Origin: Minisyncoccota bacterium
Lineage (GTDB): Bacteria; Patescibacteriota; Minisyncoccia; UBA6257; GWB1-50-10
Length of the DNA: 64,000 nucleotides
NCBI GenBank assembly: GCA_041917695.1
Contig: JAYRXE010000037.1
Location: 536,173-600,172, forward strand
Direction of reading: 5' to 3'
Positions 20,983 through 29,726 of this stretch are shown here, one piece after another; the stretch's first letter is position 1; each line of letters begins with the position of its first letter. The position numbers were made by a program, and so were the translations under genes. The notes under the pieces were generated by a model. It saw only the letters and a program-made list of their open reading frames with translations, searched no databases and was not told where the DNA came from.

Positions 20983-21882
20983 TCAGCCGAGGATTGAAAA
21001 ATACAGATTGAGCGCCTGATACCCGACGCAAAAAAGCGCCACAAGACCCAACGCGAGAAATGGGCCGAACGGAACCATGTCTTTCATCCCCCGTTTCCGC
21101 GAAGCGTACAGGATTCCGGCGGCGGCACCGCCGAAAACGAACCCGAAAAAGATGCCGAGAGATATATCAGGCCATCCGAAGAGCACTCCCGACGCGGCCA
21201 TGAATTTCACGTCGCCCATGCCCATTCCCCGGAATCGGGTGATGGCCGCAAGCGCCATGAAGAAAGCCCCCGCTATAAGGCCCCCGAGCGCGTGCGCCGC
21301 GAACTGGTTTTGGAAATGAGGAAACAAAAGCGCGTAGTGCCGTAAGAACGATTCGCTGAAGACGGGAAGTTCAGTCCCAAAAGCGGACATAAGGCTTGCG
21401 AGACTGAGTCCCAAGACCGCCAGAATGACATTTAATTCGTCGGGGATGAGGTAATGTTTCACGTCTATCGCCGCCACCAGGAGGAACACCAGAAACGCCG
21501 CCACCCACACGCCCGCAATCGCATAGTGCCACCAGGGAGCAAGCAGAAGAAAGAATATCTTTCCGTTCCACGCGTAGCGCGATATAAGAACGAGCGGAAC
21601 GGCGAGGAACATAGTTCCCGATATGAGTTCCACCAAGAGATATCTGAGGCCGATGGAGTTCCGGCAGGCGGAACATTTCCCGCGCAGAAAGACGAAGCTC
21701 GCAATCGGTATGAGCTCCCAAAATCCCAGCCGCTTCTTGCACGACATGCAATGCGACCAGCCCAACAGCTTCCGGAAATCAAAAAGCGACCGCTCGGGAT
21801 CGTAGCGCGCGATGAGGACGTTCAAAAAACTTCCCACCGCGGCGCCCGAAATGAAAAAGAGTGTCATCCCGAGGGTCGCCAT
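20983..21882 (-). CDS. pilD: prepilin peptidase (A24 family)
   Basis: GSFLNV motif, Cys tetrad (CMSCKK...CSACRN), GMGDVKFM catalytic-Asp motif, 8 TM helices. Confidence 0.85.
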   Translation of the reverse strand: MATLGMTLFFISGAAVGSFLNVLIARYDPERSLFDFRKLLGWSHCMSCKKRLGFWELIPIASFVFLRGKCSACRNSIGLRYLLVELISGTMFLAVPLVLISRYAWNGKIFFLLLAPWWHYAIAGVWVAAFLVFLLVAAIDVKHYLIPDELNVILAVLGLSLASLMSAFGTELPVFSESFLRHYALLFPHFQNQFAAHALGGLIAGAFFMALAAITRFRGMGMGDVKFMAASGVLFGWPDISLGIFFGFVFGGAAAGILYASRKRGMKDMVPFGPFLALGLVALFCVGYQALNLYFSILG

Positions 21883-21892
21883 ATCCGTCTGA

Positions 21893-22351
21893 TTACGGGG
21901 TTACCGTACCGGTCGTAAGATTGCAGCGCGTGTCCGTCGATTGCGGTTCCGCCGTGACGACGCCGGCATTGCCTTCGGAATCGACGCAATACCATTGGTT
22001 GTCGTTCGTAAGCATTTTCGCGTAGGCGATGTAATACGTGCCGTCCGGATTCACGATTTGCAGGCTCGAAGACTGAGCTGATGCGCTCGAGACATCCGCC
22101 GCAACGCGGGAAAGATCGCTGTTTGAAAGCGTCACTTCCGAATACGGCGCCTGCGAAGAGGGATTATAGAGCGCTTCCGCGATCGCCCGAACCTGGTTCA
22201 TTCCGCTTATGATGCGCGCATCCTTTGCTTTGTCGCGGGAAGGCCCGAGGCCCGCCAAGACCGCCGCAGAAAGAATGCCGATAATCGCGATGACGATGAG
22301 CATCTCGATAAGCGTAAAGCCTTTTCTATTGAACATGGTTTTTTGATTCAA
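21893..22351 (-). CDS. type IV major pilin (PilA-like)
   Basis: KGFTLIEMLIVIAIIGILSAAV prepilin N-terminus; C-terminal Cys pair. Confidence 0.8.
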   Translation of the reverse strand: MNQKTMFNRKGFTLIEMLIVIAIIGILSAAVLAGLGPSRDKAKDARIISGMNQVRAIAEALYNPSSQAPYSEVTLSNSDLSRVAADVSSASAQSSSLQIVNPDGTYYIAYAKMLTNDNQWYCVDSEGNAGVVTAEPQSTDTRCNLTTGTVTP

Positions 22352-22390
22352 ATGAAACCTTACCGACCTTTCTCGTGCTATCAGTATATA

Positions 22391-23596
22391 TTAAATCGTC
22401 TGCGTAAGCGAGAAGAGCGGGAGGAGGATGCCGGCAAAAAGAAACGCAACGAGCACCCCAACGAAAACCATCAAGACCGGCTGGATTAATGAAATGGAAT
22501 TTTCAATGGTATTCTCGATTTCACGCATATAAAAATCGCGAATCTTCTGCAGAAGCTCCTCCAGCCGGCCGGTCGATTCGCCGATGGCGATAAGCTGGGA
22601 AACCAGGGGCGGAAATTCCTTCCGTTCCTCGATGACCTTCGAAAGCAACTTGCCTTTCCGGACCTCCTCCGACGCCTGGCCGAGAATCTCCTGATACACG
22701 GTGTTCCCGATTGTGCGGGCGGATATCTCGACAGCCTGCGGGATCGTAAGGCCTCCCTTGATAAGCACCCGCGTGGATTCCGCGAAGCGGGAAACATAGA
22801 TTTTCTTGAAAAGTTCGCCGAGCACCGGCAAGCGCACTACCGATTCGTCAAAGACCACCCTCCCCTCCCGCGTTTGGAAATAGTTCACAAGCGTGATAAG
22901 CACCGCAACCAGTGCGAAGAGGATAGCCCACCACCATGCGCTTAAGAACTTGCCTCCCCCGAGAAGGAGGGCGGTGTACCACGGAACGGCGATGTTTGAA
23001 TCTTCGAAAATCGGAATAATCTGCGGAAAGACGACCGTCACGATGATGGCCAAAACGATGAACGAGAGGATGATGACGAAAATCGGATAAGAGAGGGCAT
23101 TCTTAATCTTTGACTGCATCGCCACCTGGCCTTCCAGGTAATCAGCCAAGAATTCCAGGACTTCGGAGAGGCGTCCGGTGACCTCGGCGGAGCGCACCAT
23201 GTTGATATAGAAATCGGAAAAGACATTCGTATGCTTTTCCAACGCCTGCGAAAGGGAGAAGCCCGCCTGCACGTCGTTCGTGATTTCATAGATTGCCTCC
23301 TTCAGCACGGGGTGCTCGGTCTGCCGATACAGATTCGAAAGCGAATCGGAAAGCGGCACCTGCGAAGCAAGTAAGGTCGAGAATTGGCGCGTGAAAACCA
23401 TAATCTCCGTGGTCTTTACGCGTTTGAAGAAATTCAAAACGCGGTCGTACCACTCCTCTTCCGTATGGGTTTCGACGGAAAGGACGAAAAGCCCGTGACT
23501 CAGGAGGATATTCGAAGCCGAGGCCTGGTCCGGCGCTTCGACATTGCCGACCTGCAACTCCCCTTCTTTAGTTCGTGCCTTGTAACTGAATTTCAT
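22391..23596 (-). CDS. pilC: type IV pilus assembly platform protein PilC (GspF family)
   Basis: 401 aa, duplicated GspF domains, three TM segments. Confidence 0.85.
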   Translation of the reverse strand: MKFSYKARTKEGELQVGNVEAPDQASASNILLSHGLFVLSVETHTEEEWYDRVLNFFKRVKTTEIMVFTRQFSTLLASQVPLSDSLSNLYRQTEHPVLKEAIYEITNDVQAGFSLSQALEKHTNVFSDFYINMVRSAEVTGRLSEVLEFLADYLEGQVAMQSKIKNALSYPIFVIILSFIVLAIIVTVVFPQIIPIFEDSNIAVPWYTALLLGGGKFLSAWWWAILFALVAVLITLVNYFQTREGRVVFDESVVRLPVLGELFKKIYVSRFAESTRVLIKGGLTIPQAVEISARTIGNTVYQEILGQASEEVRKGKLLSKVIEERKEFPPLVSQLIAIGESTGRLEELLQKIRDFYMREIENTIENSISLIQPVLMVFVGVLVAFLFAGILLPLFSLTQTI

Positions 23597-23599
23597 TCC

Positions 23600-24670
23600 T
23601 TAGCCGCGATTCACAAGAATTCGAAGTTCCGACGGATTCAGCGAATAGGCCTCGGCTTGCTCAACGGTGATATCCTTGCGCTTCACGAGATTCACCAGCG
23701 AGCGATTCAAGGAAACCATGCCTTCCTGGATACTCGTTTCAATAACCAAATCGATTTGATAGATTTTCCGTTCACGGATGAGGTTTTTGATGGCGGGATT
23801 CACGAGCATGATTTCGGTTGCGGGCACCCGGCCGCCGCCCACGCGGGGAATGAGACGCTGGGAAACGATGGCGACCAAGGTCGAAGCGAGCTGGGAAACG
23901 ACCTGCCCCTGCTGGTTCGGCGGGAAAGAATCAATGATACGGTCGATTGTCTGTGACGCGGAATTCGTGTGAAGGGTCGAAAAGACCAAGTGGCCGGTTT
24001 CGGCGGCGGTCATCGCAGTCGAGATGGTTTCCGGGTCGCGCATTTCGCCGACCATGATGACGTCGGGGTCCTGGCGGAGGATTGAGCGAAGTCCGTCGTC
24101 GAAAGAACGCACGTCGGCGCCGACCTCGCGTTGCGAAATAATGGCCCGATCCTGGGAAAAGACATACTCAATCGGGTCTTCGATGGTGATGATATGCTCG
24201 TTCCTCGTGTGGTTTATCTCATCGAGGATTGCCGCCAAGGTCGTCGATTTACCCTGCCCGGCGGGACCCACCACGAGGATAAATCCCTGGTTCAGCCTGG
24301 TAAAATCGTGGACGATGGGCGGAAGCCCCAATTCCTGCACTGTTTTTATTTGGGAAGAAATGAGGCGGAGCGCCGCGGCGGGAAACCCGCGCTGGTAATA
24401 GACGTTTACGCGAAAACGGGCTTTATCTTCGTAGGCGTAGGAAAAATCAACCTGCCGGTCGCGGGCGTACGCCTCCTTCTGCGGGTCGGTGAGCAACGCG
24501 GCAACGAGCCCTTCGGTGTCTTCCTTGGTCAGAACGCCTTCGTTTCCCACCGGAACGAGCATCGAATCAACCCGCACGGTCGGTCGTTTGCCGACGCAAA
24601 AATGAAGGTCGGAAGCATTCTGCTTCACGCAGGTGAGGAGCAATTCATTCAGCTTCTCTTTATATTCCAT
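23600..24670 (-). CDS. pilT: twitching-motility retraction ATPase PilT
   Basis: Walker A GPAGQGKSTT, Asp/His boxes, ~356 aa. Confidence 0.85.
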   Translation of the reverse strand: MEYKEKLNELLLTCVKQNASDLHFCVGKRPTVRVDSMLVPVGNEGVLTKEDTEGLVAALLTDPQKEAYARDRQVDFSYAYEDKARFRVNVYYQRGFPAAALRLISSQIKTVQELGLPPIVHDFTRLNQGFILVVGPAGQGKSTTLAAILDEINHTRNEHIITIEDPIEYVFSQDRAIISQREVGADVRSFDDGLRSILRQDPDVIMVGEMRDPETISTAMTAAETGHLVFSTLHTNSASQTIDRIIDSFPPNQQGQVVSQLASTLVAIVSQRLIPRVGGGRVPATEIMLVNPAIKNLIRERKIYQIDLVIETSIQEGMVSLNRSLVNLVKRKDITVEQAEAYSLNPSELRILVNRG

Positions 24671-24717
24671 GGCACCATTATATCACCTGACCGGCGGCGC
24701 GCCTACGCGCTCCGAGC

Positions 24718-26457
24718 TCACTCCGTCTCCCGCAACACTTCTTCGATCAATACCTCGCCACGCAAGGCTTTCACGATGCCGTCCTGGCGCATTGAGATCA
24801 TTCCCTGCCGTTCGGCTTCCTTCAAAAGCTTTTCTTCGGAAAAACTTTCGTTCAATGCCGAGCCCAACTCCCGGGTCATTTGAAAAACCTCCGCGATAGC
24901 GATACGGCCGGCAATGCCCTTCCCTTTGCATACTTTGCATGAATCGTCGGCTTCCACTCGGTAAATCTGATACGGCTTCGGGAATTCCGCTTCCAGCTTC
25001 GCGCGTATGTCGGCCGGCATGCGCTTAAGGCCGTCCGCGATTTCGCGGGCCGCCTCCACAGGGGCTTCATAGGCTTTTTTGCAATTCGGGCAGAGCTTCC
25101 CCAACAACCGCTGGGCGAGCATCGTATGAAGCGCCGACGACAGCAGGAATTTCGGAACGCCGAGATCGAGCATGCGGGGAATGACGCCGAGCGCGTTATT
25201 CGTGTGAATGGTTGAAAGCACGACGTGGCCGGTGAGGGCAGCATTCACGGCAAGGGAGGCGGTTTCATCGTCGCGGATTTCACCGACCATGATGACGTCG
25301 GGGTCCTGGCGGAGGATTTGTCGCAAACCCGACGCGAAACTATAGCCGATCTCGGGATGCACTTGCGACTGGTTGATGCCGTCCATCGTGTATTCCACCG
25401 GATCTTCGAGCGTCACCACGTTTTGCGTGAGCGTGTCGATCTTCTGAAGCACGGCGTACAAGGTCGTCGATTTACCGGAACCCGTGGGACCGGAGACGAG
25501 GACCATGCCGTAGGGCGCTTCGACCGCGCGGGCGAGTTTTTCGAAGTTATATTCCTCAAATCCCAAACTTTCGAGCCCCTTCAGTCCGGTCAGCGGATCA
25601 AGGACGCGAAGCACGATCTTCTCACCGGCGGGAACGGGAAACGTCGCGACGCGAAAATCTATTTCGCGGCTGGAGATGATGGTACGAAAACGTCCGTCCT
25701 GCGGGATGCGGTTTTCGTCGAGGCGGAGGTTCGCGAGCACTTTCACCCGGCTCGTGATGGGTTGCGCGAGTATCGGCGGAAGGGACGCCACCTCCTTGAG
25801 CTCGCCGTCCAGGCGGAAGCGGATGCGCAAATGCGTCTTCGACGGTTCAATGTGAATATCGGAAGCCTGCGCATCGACCGCCTGTTGCAAGGTCTTTGCA
25901 ACAATTTTGATGACCGGAGCGTCTTCGGACGAGCGCGCGCCCTCGTCGAGCGACACGACCGCCGAGGCGCTCCCCTTCATCGATTTCGAAACGGTAGTGA
26001 CCAGTTCATCGATCTCGGAATTGTACGGTTTGTATTTCTTCCAGACCGCGCGAAGATCGGCGAGAGAAATGAGATACACGCCGAGCGAAAGGCGCTCGCG
26101 TTTTGCGATGAAACGCAACGCTTCCTGCGCACGTTCATCAAGCGGGTTCACCATGCCCACGACGAGCATGTTCGCCTTCTTCTCGATCGGCGCAAGCTTA
26201 TAGTTTACGGACGTTTCCTGCGGAATAAGCTTAAGCAGCTCGGGGGAAACCGCCTCGACGTCAACTTTTTTATACGGGACGCCGAGCGCCTTCGACTTCG
26301 CTTTGGCGACCTCCTCATCGGGGACCACGCGCCGGTCGCTCAAAATCTCCTCCAGCGGGGTCTTTGAGACTTGCGCCTCCTGCAAAAGACGAGACGCTTC
26401 TTCTTCCGAAAGGAGCGTCTTCTCGATAAGCGCACGCGAAAGTTCCTGGTCTGTCAT
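24718..26457 (-). CDS. pilB: type IV pilus assembly ATPase PilB/GspE
   Basis: N-terminal GspE N-domain, Walker A GPTGSGKSTT, tetracysteine motif CPNCKKAY...C..C. Confidence 0.9.
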   Translation of the reverse strand: MTDQELSRALIEKTLLSEEEASRLLQEAQVSKTPLEEILSDRRVVPDEEVAKAKSKALGVPYKKVDVEAVSPELLKLIPQETSVNYKLAPIEKKANMLVVGMVNPLDERAQEALRFIAKRERLSLGVYLISLADLRAVWKKYKPYNSEIDELVTTVSKSMKGSASAVVSLDEGARSSEDAPVIKIVAKTLQQAVDAQASDIHIEPSKTHLRIRFRLDGELKEVASLPPILAQPITSRVKVLANLRLDENRIPQDGRFRTIISSREIDFRVATFPVPAGEKIVLRVLDPLTGLKGLESLGFEEYNFEKLARAVEAPYGMVLVSGPTGSGKSTTLYAVLQKIDTLTQNVVTLEDPVEYTMDGINQSQVHPEIGYSFASGLRQILRQDPDVIMVGEIRDDETASLAVNAALTGHVVLSTIHTNNALGVIPRMLDLGVPKFLLSSALHTMLAQRLLGKLCPNCKKAYEAPVEAAREIADGLKRMPADIRAKLEAEFPKPYQIYRVEADDSCKVCKGKGIAGRIAIAEVFQMTRELGSALNESFSEEKLLKEAERQGMISMRQDGIVKALRGEVLIEEVLRETE

Positions 26458-26461
26458 GAGG

Positions 26462-26752
26462 CTATGGCCTGAACGGATTCGCTTTCCCCGGCGTCTCGCG
26501 GGGCGTCACCGGCGCGGCGTATTTCTCCAAGCTTTGGAACGACGGCGAACCGATTACCGCATCGGGGTTAAAACGAACTTTTGACAATTGGTTTATATTC
26601 TCGAGATTCTTCGGCGTCACCTGGTCGATAATCTCCGGCTTTTTGAAAAAGAGGAAATATGCGAGCACGAAGATGGCGACCACGATAAAGAGGGCGGTCA
26701 GCATCCCTATCCAATTCACCGGCTTCTTTTCTTCCTGGAGCAATATGGCCAT
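26462..26752 (-). CDS. small single-TM protein within the pilus operon
   Basis: 96 aa, one TM helix, tightly packed between pilO and pilB. Confidence 0.45.
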   Translation of the reverse strand: MAILLQEEKKPVNWIGMLTALFIVVAIFVLAYFLFFKKPEIIDQVTPKNLENINQLSKVRFNPDAVIGSPSFQSLEKYAAPVTPRETPGKANPFRP

Positions 26753-26758
26753 AGGCGG

Positions 26759-27313
26759 TTACTTTTGATAATAAAATTCGACTTTGAGGTTCAGAGACTG
26801 GACCTCGCTTCCCGGAATGGGGCGGATCTCGGCGCTCTCCACGGAGGCGATGCGGACATTCGTCTCAAGCCCGCGGAGAAAGCCCTTCAAAGATTCATAG
26901 GAGCCCGCAAGCGCCATGGTTACCCGCACGGTGCCCAATTGCTTCACGAGGTACTCTTTCGATTTGGGGAGGGCGGGCGTCTCGATGGAAAAAGACGTGA
27001 ACGTCGCCTGGTTCGCCGAAGCGATGGCGTTCAATTGGTGGAGAAGGTCCGTCGTGTCGGGGCTTTCGGGAAGGGCGAGCGATACCGTCTCGCGCACTTC
27101 GTCCATTCCCTGCGATTCCGTGATGACGTTTTTCACCTGGTCGACGGCCGCCTTTTGTTCGGTAAAAAGATTTTCCTTCGCAATGACCGCTCCGCGCTTC
27201 TCATTGATTGCCGCAAACTCGGGAAGGATGAGGCGCGTGTAAACGAAAATGGCCCCCATGAAAAAGAGTCCGGCGAAGGCGATGCTTAAAACGCGCTTGG
27301 TTGATGGTTTCAT
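26759..27313 (-). CDS. pilO: pilus assembly protein PilO-like
   Basis: N-terminal TM, coiled-coil, position after pilN. Confidence 0.65.
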   Translation of the reverse strand: MKPSTKRVLSIAFAGLFFMGAIFVYTRLILPEFAAINEKRGAVIAKENLFTEQKAAVDQVKNVITESQGMDEVRETVSLALPESPDTTDLLHQLNAIASANQATFTSFSIETPALPKSKEYLVKQLGTVRVTMALAGSYESLKGFLRGLETNVRIASVESAEIRPIPGSEVQSLNLKVEFYYQK

Positions 27314-27314
27314 G

Positions 27315-27893
27315 TTAGAGCGATGCGAATATCTCGTCGCGCGGATACAATTCGACGGTAAAAACGACGCGGCCCTGGTCGAATCCCATCTGGCGGACCG
27401 TCGCGCGCGTCTTAAAATCGGATGAACCGTCGAAAACGGAAAGTTGTTCGACGAATGAATCGATTGAGTTCGCGCGCCCGTTCACTTCAAGCTTTTTATC
27501 GCGCGGGGAAATTTTCGCCGAGACATAATACACCGACGGCAAGGTATGTTTTTCAAGCAATGCCAGGGTAGGGGCGCCTGCGGAATGCTTTTTCAAAACT
27601 TCCGTGAGATTGACGAGTTGAGAATAGAAAACGATGAACTGCTGCTGGTCTTCCTGGCTTACCACCGTCGCCAGCTGTTCGATGCGGCGGTCGAGCGCTT
27701 TTTCGCGCGAATCAAGGTACGTCGAATACCCGAATTTCAATCCGAGAAAAATGAAAAGCGTGAAACCGAAAACGACTCCGGCAAAAACCAATATCTTCCA
27801 CGGAAAACCGACCGCAATCGTGCGGTATCCGGCGGGAGTCGTCCCTGAATTTTGAACCATGTTCATGCCGTTAAGAGAAATAGCGCCGCGCAA
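27315..27893 (-). CDS. pilN: pilus assembly protein PilN-like
   Basis: Single TM then periplasmic domain; overlaps pilM by 23 nt. Confidence 0.65.
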   Translation of the reverse strand: MRGAISLNGMNMVQNSGTTPAGYRTIAVGFPWKILVFAGVVFGFTLFIFLGLKFGYSTYLDSREKALDRRIEQLATVVSQEDQQQFIVFYSQLVNLTEVLKKHSAGAPTLALLEKHTLPSVYYVSAKISPRDKKLEVNGRANSIDSFVEQLSVFDGSSDFKTRATVRQMGFDQGRVVFTVELYPRDEIFASL

Positions 27894-28977
27894 GTCCGTA
27901 CGTCAAAGCGAAACGATTTTCGAGATCCTTCATCGCAGGAACGAGACCCTGCGGAATCGCGATGCCCGACGTATATGAATGGTGGCCGATTTGGAAGCCG
28001 GTTTGGGCGCTCACATACCGTTCGAGGCCCAAAAGGCTTGCGCCGCCTCCCACGATTGAAAGTTTCTCGGCTTTTACGCCAAAAAGCTTCTCGTACGAAT
28101 CCTTCGCGCGCTTCACCTCTTGTATTATAACATCCAAAAAGGGCAGGAGGATAGTTGATAACTCCGATTCCGCGCCCGTTCCCGCAAGGCCGCGCCGGCG
28201 TTTCAGCTCTTCGGCGCGGGACATGGATATTTCAAGGCTTCGCGAAAGCGCCTGGGTGAGATATACCCCGCTGTAATCAGTTTGCGTCACGTATTGCACG
28301 TCCCCGGCGCGGACGATGGAAATGACGGAGGAAACGGCACCGATATCGAGCACGACAGTGGGCGCTTCCGTGAGCGACCCTTGAAGCGCGCGCGCCATCG
28401 CGAAAGCCTCCGGTTCAAGCGCAACCAGCTTCAACCCCGCTCGCTTGAAAACTTCTTCGTATGCCTTTACGACATCGTTCGGAACGGCAACCAGCAATAT
28501 TCGCTGGTGCTTCCCGCCGTCCTTGTCGGCGTATTCCCCGACCTTCCGCCATTCAAGCGAAACTTCGGAAAGCGGAAGCGGTACGTATTGCGCGGCCTGA
28601 AACCCGACGGCTTTCGCCGTTTCTTCGGGAGAAAGCATGGGAAAATCGAGCGTCGTTGCAAACGTGGTAAACGAGGGAAGCGACGCGACGCAGAGCTTTG
28701 ATGCGGGTTTCATGTCCCGCATAAGGAGCGAGAGCGCCGCGGCGGCATCCGCCGGCGAAAGTTTGAGCGAGCTCGTCTGTATCGCCTGGTTCGGATGGTC
28801 CAAATAGTCCTTCGTCTCTAGCAAGCCGTAGCTCGCCACCGAAAAGACATCCCCTTTTTTCTTCAGCTCGAGCGCTTTTATCGAGGTCGTTCCGATATCA
28901 ACGCCGATAACGGCTCCGCCCCGGAAAAAATTCCCGATATCCCTGAAAAAATCCGATATGGCGCCGCCGAACTTCAT
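27871..28977 (-). CDS. pilM: type IV pilus assembly ATPase-fold protein PilM (actin-like)
   Basis: VIGVDIGTTSIKALEL N-terminal actin-like phosphate-1 motif. Confidence 0.8.
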   Translation of the reverse strand: MKFGGAISDFFRDIGNFFRGGAVIGVDIGTTSIKALELKKKGDVFSVASYGLLETKDYLDHPNQAIQTSSLKLSPADAAAALSLLMRDMKPASKLCVASLPSFTTFATTLDFPMLSPEETAKAVGFQAAQYVPLPLSEVSLEWRKVGEYADKDGGKHQRILLVAVPNDVVKAYEEVFKRAGLKLVALEPEAFAMARALQGSLTEAPTVVLDIGAVSSVISIVRAGDVQYVTQTDYSGVYLTQALSRSLEISMSRAEELKRRRGLAGTGAESELSTILLPFLDVIIQEVKRAKDSYEKLFGVKAEKLSIVGGGASLLGLERYVSAQTGFQIGHHSYTSGIAIPQGLVPAMKDLENRFALTYGLARRYFS

Positions 28978-29023
28978 ATGAATGTGGATTTATCTTAACA
29001 TCCGCGCGAGCTATAGTGAAACG

Positions 29024-29716
29024 ATGGAGGCCTTCTCTCGCGCCGTCGACACGATCTTCCCGCGCACCTGCCTTTCCTGCGGCACTCCCGTCTCCGGACC
29101 ACTCCTTTTTTGCGCCGAATGTCTCGCGCGCGTCGGTACGATTGGCGAGTACGTGTGCTCTTCATGCGGGGCGCGCATCGCCGGAACCGGACATCGGCAT
29201 CCCGGAAGCATTCCCCTTTTCGCGGCTTTTCGGTACGAAGACGGGCCCGTGAAAGAATCCCTGCATGCGTTCAAATACGACGGCGTCGAGGCGGCAGGGC
29301 GGACGTTTGCCCTCCTCGTCAATCCGCTTTTCCCGCGTCCCGTTTCGTCCGTCGCATTCGTACCCATTCCCCTTCATCCCTCGCGCGAACGGGAACGAGG
29401 ATACAACCAATCGGCTCTTTTTGCCGAAGCGATGGCCTCATTGCTCGCCGCGCGGGGCATTGGAGCAACGGTTTTGTCGGGCGTTTTGAGGCGGACGCGC
29501 AAAACACAGTCACAGACCGAGATGGAAAGCCACGCGGCGCGGCGCATAAATGTCCGCGATTCTTTCGAAGTCCGTACGGTGTCCGACTGTGCGTCGAGCC
29601 TGGTACTGCTTGTTGACGACGTTTCCACTTCGGGCGCGACCATTGAAGAAGCGGCTGCAGCGCTCAAAAAAGCACGAGTCCCGCATCTCGCGGGACTCGT
29701 GATTGCGAAAGCCTGA
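29024..29716 (+). CDS. comFC: ComF family competence protein (double zinc ribbon + phosphoribosyltransferase domain)
   Basis: CLSCGTPVSG...CAEC zinc ribbon; PRTase motif LVLLVDDVSTSGATIEEA; ORF opens at 28982, only 4 nt from the pilM start, so 29024 (MEAFSR) is the preferred start. Confidence 0.75.
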   Translation: MEAFSRAVDTIFPRTCLSCGTPVSGPLLFCAECLARVGTIGEYVCSSCGARIAGTGHRHPGSIPLFAAFRYEDGPVKESLHAFKYDGVEAAGRTFALLVNPLFPRPVSSVAFVPIPLHPSRERERGYNQSALFAEAMASLLAARGIGATVLSGVLRRTRKTQSQTEMESHAARRINVRDSFEVRTVSDCASSLVLLVDDVSTSGATIEEAAAALKKARVPHLAGLVIAKA

Positions 29717-29726
29717 GCTTCGCCCG

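Noticed and set aside
25225-26367. 380-aa + strand ORF antisense to pilB, and similar long antisense ORFs (2533..3645 + versus ldcA; 53456..54229 - versus apbE; 59790..60995 - versus infB; 32126..33001 + versus the 522-aa secreted protein; 20396..21019 +)
   Set aside because: They lie entirely within strongly supported genes on the opposite strand, have Arg/Gly/Ala-rich composition typical of high-GC antisense frames, and lack motifs.
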